From Acidobacteriota bacterium (GTDB lineage: Bacteria > Acidobacteriota > Terriglobia > Terriglobales > SCQP01), in NCBI GenBank assembly GCA_021789895.1, contig JAJYIU010000014.1, forward strand, positions 14,550 to 78,549: a stretch of 64,000 bases of DNA. The letters are read 5' to 3'. The stretch's first letter is position 1, and each line of letters opens with the position of its first letter. The position numbers were made by a program, and so were the translations under genes. This document shows, in pieces, positions 36,060 through 46,448 of this stretch. Below the pieces are notes generated by a model. It did no database searches. It had not been told where the DNA came from and saw only the letters and a program-made list of their open reading frames with translations.

Positions 36060-36189
36060 GCTGTTGCCGCTTCGCCGGCGTCAGGTTGACCCAGCGGCTG
36101 AGCAGCAGCCAGCGTTTTCCTGTTACCACTTCCCGCAGGGTGCGGTTCTTGCTTAATAGCTGGGGATAATTGAGCAGGGCCGTTACCAG
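36043..36189 (-). pseudogene. internal fragment (~49 codons) resembling an ISL3-family transposase
   Basis: The minus-strand reading LREVVTGKRWLLLSRWVNLTPAKRQQLNHLFA matches the ISL3 block lkGsRWlLlkrpenLteeqrerLeeLl, recalled from the family profile. A TAG lies immediately upstream. No other transposase parts are present. Confidence 0.4.
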
Positions 36190-36218
36190 CTATTTCGCTT
36201 TAACGTTTCCCGGAGTAG

Positions 36219-36244
36219 CCGCTGCCGCGCGCGGCGGTTTTATT
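36219..36244 (+). terminator. intrinsic terminator candidate
   Basis: 7-bp stem (one G-U pair) CCGCTGC/GCGGCGG with a 5-nt loop (36219-36237), followed by TTTTATT. Overlaps the stop codon of the convergent DHH gene. Confidence 0.4.
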
Positions 36245-37208
36245 GCACCAGGCTGGCGCGCAGCCGGGCGGCAATTTCCTGCGCCGCCTGCCGCGCCGGC
36301 GCCAGCGCGTCCGGCTCGAACGAGATCGCGCCCACGCGCGGATGCCCGCCGCCGCCATAGCGCTCGCACAGGCTGGCCAGGTTTTCCATCTCGGGCAGCG
36401 TCTGCCAGGGATTCGAGCCCACCGAAACCTTAGTGCGGAAGCTGCTGCGGCTGACCCCGACGCTATAGACCGCTGCGGGGCAGAGCGCATAGGGAATGAA
36501 TTTGTTGTAGCCCTCAAGGTCGTGGGCGGTGAGGTCGAAGTAGGCCACTCCGCCGCGGCAGTCGAGCAGCTCGCGCATCAGCGCCTGAGTCCGGCGGTGC
36601 CGTTCGAGCAGCGGCACGAGTTCCTGCTGCACGTAATCGAGCTGCAGCAACTCGTCCAGCGGATAGCGCAGGTAATCGGGAATCAGCCGCGGCAGGAAGT
36701 CCGGCCGCCGGCTGCCTTCGATGGCCAGGGTCAGCTTCAACGCCGGCTCGGCCAGCGCCACCGCCGCCTCGGCGCTGGCGAACAGCGCCCCGTCAATGAT
36801 GTCGGCCCAGTGCGTCAGCTCGGCCACCGGCGCGGGATCGAAGCCGAAGCGCTGCGCGGTGACGTGCGCGATGAAGCTGGCGCAGGAACGATACTTCGGA
36901 TCGTGAAATTTCCGCCCGCTGCGGTCGCGCCGGAAATGCTCCGCGTCGGCGGCGTTCAGGAACGCGCTCTGGTGATGGTCGAACCACCACCCCACCCGCG
37001 GGTCGGAGGAGTATTTGAAATCCACGATTGCATTTTCGTCGCCGCGGAAGGCTTCGGGATCGAACAGATTGCTGGCTTTGTGCGCCAGGCCGAGATATTC
37101 AAACCGGGAATCGGGGTGGATGGCGCTGCGGTAAAACGCAGTAAAGACCGCTGCCGAGGCCGAGCCGTCGAAACATTTATCGTGAAAGAATACGCGTACT
37201 TCCCGCAA
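36240..37208 (-). CDS. DHH/DHHA1 family phosphoesterase (NrnB-like)
   Basis: TTG start at 37208 with GGAGG 7 nt upstream. Motif I FHDKCFDGSASAAV. DHH motif WWFDHHQS. C-terminal GGGGHPRVGA. Confidence 0.85.
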   Translation of the reverse strand: MREVRVFFHDKCFDGSASAAVFTAFYRSAIHPDSRFEYLGLAHKASNLFDPEAFRGDENAIVDFKYSSDPRVGWWFDHHQSAFLNAADAEHFRRDRSGRKFHDPKYRSCASFIAHVTAQRFGFDPAPVAELTHWADIIDGALFASAEAAVALAEPALKLTLAIEGSRRPDFLPRLIPDYLRYPLDELLQLDYVQQELVPLLERHRRTQALMRELLDCRGGVAYFDLTAHDLEGYNKFIPYALCPAAVYSVGVSRSSFRTKVSVGSNPWQTLPEMENLASLCERYGGGGHPRVGAISFEPDALAPARQAAQEIAARLRASLVQ

Positions 37209-37295
37209 ACGCCTTCCTCCCCCCTTGCCGCCCGCAGGCGCATAAGCGTTTCAGAATGCGGTCGCGGCGGCGCTTTGTCAAGCCGCCGGCCGGAG

Positions 37296-37317
37296 AAAAA
37301 GCGGCAGGGCCGCTTTT
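37296..37317 (-). terminator. intrinsic terminator after serS
   Basis: Minus-strand RNA reads AAAAGCGGC-CCU-GCCGCUUUUU. Lies 37 nt after the serS stop. Confidence 0.65.
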
Positions 37318-37353
37318 CCAGTTCATGGGGGTCATGGGATTGGGCTGCGCCGG

Positions 37354-38769
<1,416 letters not shown>

Positions 38770-41445
38770 CTAACGCAGGCGCACCCGGCCACGCAGCCGC
38801 AAATCCGCCGCCGAGGCCCCGATCGCAATGCGCAGCGTACCCGGCTGGAGCCGGTATTGGCGGACGGCTTCATCCCAATACCAGAGCGCCGGCTCGTCGT
38901 AGGGCAGCGACAGCTCGACCTGCCGCCGCTCGCCAGGCTTCAATTCCACCCGCGCGAAGCCGGCCAACTGCAGCCGCGGGCGCTCGACCCGCGAGCGCGG
39001 CGGGGTGACATAGAGTTGGGCGATTTCGGCGCCGGCGCGCGCGCCGGTGTTTTCCAGTTCGAAGCGGATGCCCAGCTTGCCGCCGGGCCCGAGCGCGGCC
39101 GCGTCCAGTTGCAGGTTACGGTAGGCGAAGCGGGTGTAGCTCAGGCCGTAGCCGAAGGGGTAGAGCGGCTTGCCCTGGAAATACATGTAGGTGCGCCCGT
39201 CGCGCAGGCGGAAATCGTGGAATTTGGGCAACTGTTCCAGCCCGCGATACCAGGTTTCGGCCAGCTTGCCGGCGGGGTTGAAGTCGCCGAAGAGGGCATC
39301 GGCGATGGCCGTGCCCTGCGCCTGGCCGGCGCAGACGGCGCCGAGAATCGCCGGCAGGCGCCGCTGCGCCCAGGGGATAGCCAGCGGCGCATTGGTGTTG
39401 AGAATGGCGATGGTTTTCGGATTTGCGGCGAAGAGCCGCCGCAGCAGTTCGGGCTGCGCGCCCGTCAGCGTAATCTGCTTGCGGTCGAGCTGTTCGTGGC
39501 TCACCGTCTGGTCGGAGCCGACCACCGCCAGCACCACGTCGGCCGCCTTGGCGGCGGCTTCCGCCTCGCGCATCCAGGCTTCATGGGCGGGGCCTTGCAC
39601 GGTGCAGCCGCGCACCACGCGCACTTCCACCCCGCCGGGGTTCGCGGCCGCCGCGGGGCGAGGCAGCAGCTCCAGCCAATCCAGCTTCATCAACTGCCGT
39701 CCCGGCCGGCCGCGAAAGACCAGGTACAGCGAATGCATGCCGGTGGCCGACAGCGGGGCGGTAATCTCGCGCCACTGCCGCCAGCCGCCGGTGGAGGGCA
39801 CGTCCAGCGTGGCCGCCAGCTTGCCCTTGAGCGAATCCAGCCGCAGCTCGATCCGGCCGCCCGCGCCGCCGCTCGCCACCCGCGCCCGCACCTGGGACTT
39901 GCCGCGGAAGTCGGCGGCCGGCAATTGCAGATTGTCGCCGTTTTGAATTTGGCCGACGGAGCCATCCGGGCGCAGGTACTTGCGGTTTTTCAGTTCCCAA
40001 CTGACGGTCACGGCGTCAGCGGCAAACAGATGCGGATGCGACAGCGCCGTGCCCAGCGCCGCCGCCACTCCTTCCGCCACCGAGATGTGCACGAAGGGGC
40101 CGCCGCTGTAGCCGCCGAGCGCGCAGCGCGCCGCCAGCGGGCCGGCGACCAGCACTTTGCGGAGCCGGGCTTTTTCCAGCGGCAGCGTCTGGTTTTCGTT
40201 TTTCAACAGCACCAGCGACTGCCGCGCCGCTTCCACCGCCAGCTCGCGGTGCGCCGGGCTATCCACCACCGCGAAGCCGGTCCGGCCCCAGGGCGTGGTC
40301 TCGGGCGGATCGAATTCGCCCATCAGAAAGCGCGCCGACAGCAGCCGCGTCAATGCCCGGTCAATTTCCGCCATGCCGACCAATTCTTCGGCCAGCGCCG
40401 GCGGCAGGTATTTCTGATACGACCCCCAGGCGAAGCCGCAGTTCAAGTCGCAGCCCGCCTGGATGCCCAGCGCCGCCGCCTGCGCCGGCGTGGGCACGTA
40501 GCGATGCGTCTTCCAGATGTCTTCGATGGCGTCGCAGTCGGAGGTGACGTAGCCGCGGAATCCCCAATGCCCGCGCAGCAGGCTGGTCAGCAGAAAACGG
40601 TCGGCGCTGCAGGGGATGCCGTTGATTTCGTTGTAGGCGCTCATCACCGTGAATACGCCCGCTTCGACCGCCGCCTGGAACGGCCGCGTGTAATATTCCC
40701 AGAAACTGCGCGGCCCGATATGGGCCGAGATCACGTGCCGGTCGTCGTCGGTTTCGTTGCCGATGAAGTGTTTGGCGCAGCAGACGGTCTTCAGATATTG
40801 CGGATTGCGCCCCTGCATGCCGGCCACCACCGCCGCCACCATGCGGCCCATCAAAAACGGGTCTTCGCCCAGGGTCTCGTCAATCCGCCCCCAGCGCGGG
40901 TCTTTGGCGGTGTTCAGCGTCTGCGGCGAATAAAACGCCAGCGCCGTGCCCCGCTGCCGGTTGTAGGCGCGGGCTTCGTCGGAGACGGCGGTATAGACCC
41001 GCTCCGCCAGTTCCGGATTCCAACTGTTGGCCAGCGCCAGCGGCACCGGAAACGACGTCACCGGCCCGCTGCGCGCCAGCCCGTGCAACGCCTCATGCCA
41101 GTACTGGTAAGCCGGCAGCTTCAGCCGCGCGATCGCCGGCGCGGTGTTGCCCAATTGCGATACCTTTTCCGCAATCGTCATCTGCGCCACCAGCTTCCGC
41201 GCCCGGCTGCGCGCCCGCGCCACTGCCTGCGGATCCAGGCGAAACGGATTCGGAATCTGCGGCAGCAGCCGGCGGCCGGGCCCCGGCGCGGCCGCGTCCG
41301 CATTCACCGCCAGAGCCGCGGCAGGCAGCGCCGCTCCGCCCAGGCCCGCGGCCAGGGCCGATAGAAAATCCCGCCGCGGCATGCCAGCCGGTTTGATATT
41401 GATCAATTGGGTTCCTGACTTCGGCTTGGGTTCTATGTCTTGCAT
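38770..41445 (-). CDS. glycoside hydrolase family 3 (beta-glucosidase/xylosidase-like) with Tat signal and internal CBM6-like module
   Basis: Twin-arginine MPRRDFLSALAAGLGGAA. GH3 blocks KHFIGNE and VTSDCDAI. Inserted STGGWRQWREITAPL...HSLYLVFRG...KLDWLELL (CBM6-like). ATG 41382 is an alternative start. Confidence 0.9.
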   Translation of the reverse strand: MQDIEPKPKSGTQLINIKPAGMPRRDFLSALAAGLGGAALPAAALAVNADAAAPGPGRRLLPQIPNPFRLDPQAVARARSRARKLVAQMTIAEKVSQLGNTAPAIARLKLPAYQYWHEALHGLARSGPVTSFPVPLALANSWNPELAERVYTAVSDEARAYNRQRGTALAFYSPQTLNTAKDPRWGRIDETLGEDPFLMGRMVAAVVAGMQGRNPQYLKTVCCAKHFIGNETDDDRHVISAHIGPRSFWEYYTRPFQAAVEAGVFTVMSAYNEINGIPCSADRFLLTSLLRGHWGFRGYVTSDCDAIEDIWKTHRYVPTPAQAAALGIQAGCDLNCGFAWGSYQKYLPPALAEELVGMAEIDRALTRLLSARFLMGEFDPPETTPWGRTGFAVVDSPAHRELAVEAARQSLVLLKNENQTLPLEKARLRKVLVAGPLAARCALGGYSGGPFVHISVAEGVAAALGTALSHPHLFAADAVTVSWELKNRKYLRPDGSVGQIQNGDNLQLPAADFRGKSQVRARVASGGAGGRIELRLDSLKGKLAATLDVPSTGGWRQWREITAPLSATGMHSLYLVFRGRPGRQLMKLDWLELLPRPAAAANPGGVEVRVVRGCTVQGPAHEAWMREAEAAAKAADVVLAVVGSDQTVSHEQLDRKQITLTGAQPELLRRLFAANPKTIAILNTNAPLAIPWAQRRLPAILGAVCAGQAQGTAIADALFGDFNPAGKLAETWYRGLEQLPKFHDFRLRDGRTYMYFQGKPLYPFGYGLSYTRFAYRNLQLDAAALGPGGKLGIRFELENTGARAGAEIAQLYVTPPRSRVERPRLQLAGFARVELKPGERRQVELSLPYDEPALWYWDEAVRQYRLQPGTLRIAIGASAADLRLRGRVRLR

Positions 41446-41574
41446 GCCGCAACACCTCTTTCGCTCAGGTAATGGTTACACTTCCGTCCTGAAATGCGCC
41501 GGAAAAAGGATCATAAGTGAAGCGGTGAGTGGTGGCAAGGGATTGCCGGCCGGGAATTCAATAGTGGCGGTGAA

Positions 41575-41603
41575 TTTAAAAACTTGCGCAGTTGTGCTAT
41601 ATT
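41575..41603 (+). promoter_or_regulatory. weak sigma-70-type promoter candidate (TTTAAA-N17-TATATT)
   Basis: TTTAAA at 41575-41580, 17-nt spacer, TATATT at 41598-41603. Lies about 110 nt upstream of the receptor ATG. Confidence 0.3.
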
Positions 41604-41716
41604 GCCGCACAGGCATCGGCTGGCTGCAGTGTGTGGGTCATGGCCGGCTATTTGAAGTATCGAAGCGAACTGTGGCCGCGCAGTGAGTGCGCGGCGCGAA
41701 ACCTGGAGAGAATCTC

Positions 41717-44700
41717 ATGAGAAAGCTGTCTTTGTGGTTGTTGATGTCGGTATTGGGCCTAAGCGTTGCCGCGATTCAACTGCGCGCGCAAACCGTCACC
41801 GCGAATTTGAAAGGCACGGTCACCGACGCTTCCGGCGGGGTAGTGCCGGGCGCGACGATCGTAGTGCACAACACGACGACCGGCGCGCAGCGCACCGTCA
41901 CCAGCGACAGCGCCGGGAACTTTAACGCCACCTTGCTCCCGCTCGGCAACTATACCGTGACCGTCACGGCCAAGGGTTTCCAGACCTATACCGAGAAGGG
42001 CATCGTGCTGAACGTCGGGGCGCAGCGCAGCCTGCTGGTCCAGCTCAAGCCGGGCACGATTACGCAGACGGTGCACGTGACCGCCAGCACGGTCGCAGTG
42101 CAGACCAGTTCCGCGGCGCAGTCGGCGACCATTACCGGGCGCCAGGTGCGCGGCCTGATGTTGAACAACCGCAACTTCGAGCAGTTGCTGACGCTGCAGC
42201 CGGGCGTTTCGTCCACCCAGGGCGCGATCGTCGGCTTTGGCTTGAGCAACACCACCTCGGTTTCGATCAACGGCACCCGTCCGTCGGCCAGCAACTGGAC
42301 CGTGGACGGCGCCGACGACAACGACAGCGGCTCCAATTTCACCCTGCTCAACGTGCCCAGCGTGGACGCGATCAGCGAATTCACCCTGCAGCGCAGCACC
42401 TACGACGCCGAATATGGGCGCTCGGGCGGCGGCCAGGTGATGGTGGTGACCCGCTCGGGCAGCAACCAGTTCCACGGCGATGCGTATGAATTCGTGCGCA
42501 ACGACAAGCTCAACGCCAACGACTTTTTCAACAATAAATATGGCAGAAAGCGGCCGCCGGTGCGCTACAACGACTTCGGCTTCACCTTCGGCGGCCCGAT
42601 CGTGAAGAACAAGACCTTCTTCTTCATCAGCGAAGAATGGCGCCGCAACAGCCTGCCGGGCGTCAATACGTTCTACCTGCCCAATCCGCAGGAATTGCAG
42701 GGGAATTTCAGCGGCCTGGTCTATTCACCCAGCCACCCGGTGCCGGTGACCTTGAACCCCAATTCGGCGCCGGCCGGCTGCATCACCGGGGATCAAATCA
42801 ACCCCAATTGCTTTTCCAGCAATGCCAAAGCGTATATCGCGCAGAGCTACGCCAAAATCAGCCCCAATTCCTGCGGGGCCACGGATCTGGTTTGCAGCCT
42901 GACCGAGCCGATCAACTCGACCGCCAATTACCGGCAGGACATTGTTCGTCTCGATCAGAACCTGGGCAATAAGATCCAATTGTTCGCACGCTACATGGGC
43001 GACAGCACGCCGACCACCAACCCGCTGGGGATGTGGGGCGGATCGAACCTGCCGGATATTTCCTCCAGTCCGGACAATTCCCTCGGCCGCAACCTGGTGC
43101 TGCACATGACCGAGGAGATTACGCCCACCATCGTCAACGAAGTGGCGTACAACTACTCCTGGGGCGGCATCAATATCGTCAATAACGGCATCAGCAGCAG
43201 CCTGGCGAGCTGGCCGGGGATTGACGTTTCCAGCTTCCCGTACAAAGACCCCTACAATCGCGTACCCACGGTGGGCATTTCCGGCTTGTCGGGCCCCAAT
43301 GGCGGGTCCAACGCGCCCTATTTCGAGCGCAATGTCGACAAGAACATTTACGACAACGTATCGATCATCAGCGGCAACCATACCATCCACACCGGGTTGA
43401 CCGCGCAATGGATGACCAAAACCGAGAACTCCTCCGGCGGCAACGGGGGGTTTGGTTTCAATGGAGCGGCCTGGTATTGCCCGGTTTGCGGGAACAGCAA
43501 CCCGGCATTCGCCAACTTTTTATTGGGCGATGCGCATTCCTTCGGCCAAGGCTCGCGCGACATCATCCCGTACCTGAATTTCACCAATTTCGAAGCGTAC
43601 GTGCAGGACGACTGGAAGATCACGCCCCGGATCACCTTGAACCTGGGCCTGCGCTACAGCTATTTCCCCACGCCGCACGACAAGAACGGCATTCTGGACA
43701 ATCTCGATCCATCGCTCTTCAATCAAGCGGCGACCGCCGGCCTGATTGATCCGGCGACGGGCGAATTCGTCGCGGGCACCGGCAAAACGCCGGCCAACTA
43801 CACCAACGGCATCATCGTCGGAGGCGTGAATTCACCCTACGGCAGCCAGGTCAACCCCAGCTATGACAGCAATTTCGCTCCGCGCCTGGGCTTCGCCTGG
43901 GATGTTTTCGGGGACGGTAAAACCTCGGTGCGCGGCGGCTACGGCATGTTCTACGACCGCACCCTGAACGGCATCTGGGAACAAAACCAATTTACCGATC
44001 CGCCCTTTGTCGCCAGCACCAGTATCGCCAACCCGTCGTATTCCGACATTTTCGACAACGTCAATGCAGGCACCAGGGTGGTCAGCCTCTTTCCGCATAG
44101 TCTGCACGTGACCGGAAACCCGGGATTCAAAACCCCTTACGTTCAGAATTGGAACTTGTCGGTGGAACGCGAGATTCTGCCCAATACCCTCTTCCAGATG
44201 GCCTATGTCGGCTCGAATGGGACCCACCTGCTGGGGATTATGGATCTGAACCAGGTGCCGCTGACGGTGCGCACCGCCAACCCCACCTCGGACGCGAACG
44301 CGCTGCGTCCTTTTTTGGGTTACAACACTATCAGCGCCATCGTGCCGGAATTCAATTCCAACTACCATTCGCTGCAGGTTTCGCTCAACCGGCGAATCAA
44401 CAGCGGCTTGAACCTGGGCGTGGCTTATACCTGGTCGCGCGCGCTGACCAATAACTCCAGCGACCGCTCCAACGCCATTCTCGATTCCTACAACCCGCAC
44501 CTGGACTATGGACCGGCGAGTTACAACCGCGGCCAGGTGCTGGTCTTCAATTACCTTTACGATCTGCCTTTCCTGCGGAGCCAGAAAGGCGTGGCCGGGC
44601 ATGTGCTGGGCGGCTGGCAGATTTCCGGCATCACCACGTTCGAAACCGGCATCCCGGTGACGGCTTTCCAGTATAACGATCCCTTCAATTGTTACGACTG

Positions 44701-45109
44701 GAACGGCTGCGGCGCCGGCATTCTGGCGGGCACGTATCCCGGCGGCATTGGCATTGATCCCAGCGCGGTGTCGCCGCGTCCCGACCAGGTCGGCAACCCC
44801 AATAGCGGTCCGAAGACCATTGATCAATGGTTCAACACTTCCGCATTTAAAGATGCGGTCGGTCACTTTGGCAGCGCCAGCCGCTTCAGCATCAACGGCC
44901 CTGGCCTGGTGAACTGGGATTTCGACCTGTTGAAATACTTCCAGATCACCGAACGGCTGCGGGCGCGGGTGGATGGCGAATTCTTCAACGTCTTCAACCA
45001 CACCAACTTCAACAACCCCGCATCGAATGTGGATAGTTCGAGTTTCGGGAAGATTTACTCTGATTATTCGCCGCGCATGATTCAGTTGGGGATCAAGCTG
45101 ATCTTCTAA
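41717..45109 (+). CDS. TonB-dependent receptor with N-terminal carboxypeptidase-regulatory-like domain
   Basis: GGAGAG Shine-Dalgarno 6 nt upstream. Signal MRKLSLWLLMSVLGLSVAAIQLRAQ. CarboxypepD_reg block GTVTDASGGVVPGATIVVHN. Plug and a long beta-barrel ending QLGIKLIF (terminal Phe). Confidence 0.85.
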   Translation: MRKLSLWLLMSVLGLSVAAIQLRAQTVTANLKGTVTDASGGVVPGATIVVHNTTTGAQRTVTSDSAGNFNATLLPLGNYTVTVTAKGFQTYTEKGIVLNVGAQRSLLVQLKPGTITQTVHVTASTVAVQTSSAAQSATITGRQVRGLMLNNRNFEQLLTLQPGVSSTQGAIVGFGLSNTTSVSINGTRPSASNWTVDGADDNDSGSNFTLLNVPSVDAISEFTLQRSTYDAEYGRSGGGQVMVVTRSGSNQFHGDAYEFVRNDKLNANDFFNNKYGRKRPPVRYNDFGFTFGGPIVKNKTFFFISEEWRRNSLPGVNTFYLPNPQELQGNFSGLVYSPSHPVPVTLNPNSAPAGCITGDQINPNCFSSNAKAYIAQSYAKISPNSCGATDLVCSLTEPINSTANYRQDIVRLDQNLGNKIQLFARYMGDSTPTTNPLGMWGGSNLPDISSSPDNSLGRNLVLHMTEEITPTIVNEVAYNYSWGGINIVNNGISSSLASWPGIDVSSFPYKDPYNRVPTVGISGLSGPNGGSNAPYFERNVDKNIYDNVSIISGNHTIHTGLTAQWMTKTENSSGGNGGFGFNGAAWYCPVCGNSNPAFANFLLGDAHSFGQGSRDIIPYLNFTNFEAYVQDDWKITPRITLNLGLRYSYFPTPHDKNGILDNLDPSLFNQAATAGLIDPATGEFVAGTGKTPANYTNGIIVGGVNSPYGSQVNPSYDSNFAPRLGFAWDVFGDGKTSVRGGYGMFYDRTLNGIWEQNQFTDPPFVASTSIANPSYSDIFDNVNAGTRVVSLFPHSLHVTGNPGFKTPYVQNWNLSVEREILPNTLFQMAYVGSNGTHLLGIMDLNQVPLTVRTANPTSDANALRPFLGYNTISAIVPEFNSNYHSLQVSLNRRINSGLNLGVAYTWSRALTNNSSDRSNAILDSYNPHLDYGPASYNRGQVLVFNYLYDLPFLRSQKGVAGHVLGGWQISGITTFETGIPVTAFQYNDPFNCYDWNGCGAGILAGTYPGGIGIDPSAVSPRPDQVGNPNSGPKTIDQWFNTSAFKDAVGHFGSASRFSINGPGLVNWDFDLLKYFQITERLRARVDGEFFNVFNHTNFNNPASNVDSSSFGKIYSDYSPRMIQLGIKLIF

Positions 45110-45136
45110 GTGCGGATGGTTTTGGGCAGTATTGCC

Positions 45137-45168
45137 AACCGGCGCCGCAGACGCGGCGCCGGTTTTTT
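45137..45168 (+). terminator. intrinsic terminator
   Basis: 10-bp perfect GC stem CCGGCGCCGC/GCGGCGCCGG, loop AGAC, then TTTTTT (45163-45168). Lies 28 nt after the receptor stop. Confidence 0.85.
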
Positions 45169-45259
45169 GTTGGCTTCAGCCGAAGGGGCAGCATTTTACT
45201 GGGCAATGTAAAATACGCCGGCGCGTCATTCACATTCCGGCAGCGGTAAGCTGTTACTG

Positions 45260-46429
45260 ATGCCCGTCTTGCTGGTTTTTCTATTCGCACTGGCTTCGCC
45301 GTTGCCGCCATCGAGGGCCGGCGTGGCCGCGCCCGTACCGGCGGTTTCTCCCACCGCCGCGCGCTGGCTGGCCGCCGGCTCGGCGGCGCTCAAGGCCGGC
45401 CAAATCCCCGCCGCCATCGCCGATTTCCAGCGCGCTCTCCGCCTCGCCCCGCGCAATGCCGGCGCCTGGAACGCTCTCGGCGCCGCACTGGCGCGCGCCG
45501 GACGCCTGCCGGCAGCCTTGCGCGCTTACCGCCGCGCGCTCGCGCTGGCGCCCGCCAATGCCGACATTCTGCGCAATCTCGGGGTGGCGGAATTCCAGCG
45601 CGCGGATTATGCCCGCGCCCTGCCGCCGCTGCGGCGCGCCGCCCGCCTGCAGCCGCGCGACTTCCAGACCGCCAATCTGCTCGGCCTCAGTTATTTCGCC
45701 CTCAACCGCTATCGCGCCGCCGCCCGCTGGCTTGGCCGCGCCACGCGGCTGCAGCCGAAGAACGCCCGCGCCTATTACATGCTCGGCCAGGCCGACCTGC
45801 GCCGCCACGATATGGCCGCCCTGACCCGCGATTTCGCCCGGCTGATGCGCGCCGCGCCCGACTCCGCCGAAGCCCACATGATGATGGCCATGGCCTACGA
45901 CCACCACCAGCGCGAGCCGCAGGCGCTAAAAGAATGGCGGGCGGCGGAGAAGATGGATCCGCATTTTCCCGGCGTGCACGACGGCCTGGGGCTGGCGTAT
46001 TGGAAGCTGGACCACAGCGCCGCAGCCGAGCACGAATTCCGCCTGGAACTGGCGGAATATCCCCACGACTTCAAGGCCAACTTCTTTCTCGGCTGGCTGC
46101 TGATCCGCCGCGGCCATCCGGCGCAGGCGATTCCGCGACTGCGCCTCGCCACCCGGGCCGGGCCGCAATCCTACCTGGCCTGGCTGCAACTGGGCCGGGC
46201 GGAAATGCTGCTTCACCACCCCCGCCCGGCGCTCGCCCCGCTGCGCCGCGCCGCGCGGCTGAAGCCGGATTCAGTGCGCGCGCATTTTCTGCTGGGCAGC
46301 GCCTATGCCCAGCTTGGCCAGCCCGCCGCCGCCAGCCGCGAACGCGCGCTCGCCGCCGCCGCCCGCGCCAAAAGCTGGGCCCGCTTCAACCGCCGCGCCG
46401 CCCCGCCGCCATCCCATCCCCAGCCCTGA
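45260..46429 (+). CDS. tetratricopeptide repeat protein (secreted)
   Basis: Signal-like MPVLLVFLFALASPLPPSRA. Repeated A..A...Y..AL...P motifs (at least 8 TPR-like units). Confidence 0.8.
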   Translation: MPVLLVFLFALASPLPPSRAGVAAPVPAVSPTAARWLAAGSAALKAGQIPAAIADFQRALRLAPRNAGAWNALGAALARAGRLPAALRAYRRALALAPANADILRNLGVAEFQRADYARALPPLRRAARLQPRDFQTANLLGLSYFALNRYRAAARWLGRATRLQPKNARAYYMLGQADLRRHDMAALTRDFARLMRAAPDSAEAHMMMAMAYDHHQREPQALKEWRAAEKMDPHFPGVHDGLGLAYWKLDHSAAAEHEFRLELAEYPHDFKANFFLGWLLIRRGHPAQAIPRLRLATRAGPQSYLAWLQLGRAEMLLHHPRPALAPLRRAARLKPDSVRAHFLLGSAYAQLGQPAAASRERALAAAARAKSWARFNRRAAPPPSHPQP

Positions 46430-46448
46430 TCGCCGATGCCGAGGGCTG

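Noticed and set aside
37253-37281. Perfect TTGACA on the minus strand (37281-37276) upstream of the DHH gene, considered as a promoter
   Set aside because: The best -10 candidates at 17-18 nt (CATTCT and ATTCTG) are poor. It is left uncalled pending TSS data.
41533-41547. TGGCAAGGGATTGCC upstream of the TonB receptor, resembling a sigma-54 promoter
   Set aside because: The spacing between GG and GC is 11 nt, one short of the canonical spacing that sigma-54 promoters keep strictly.
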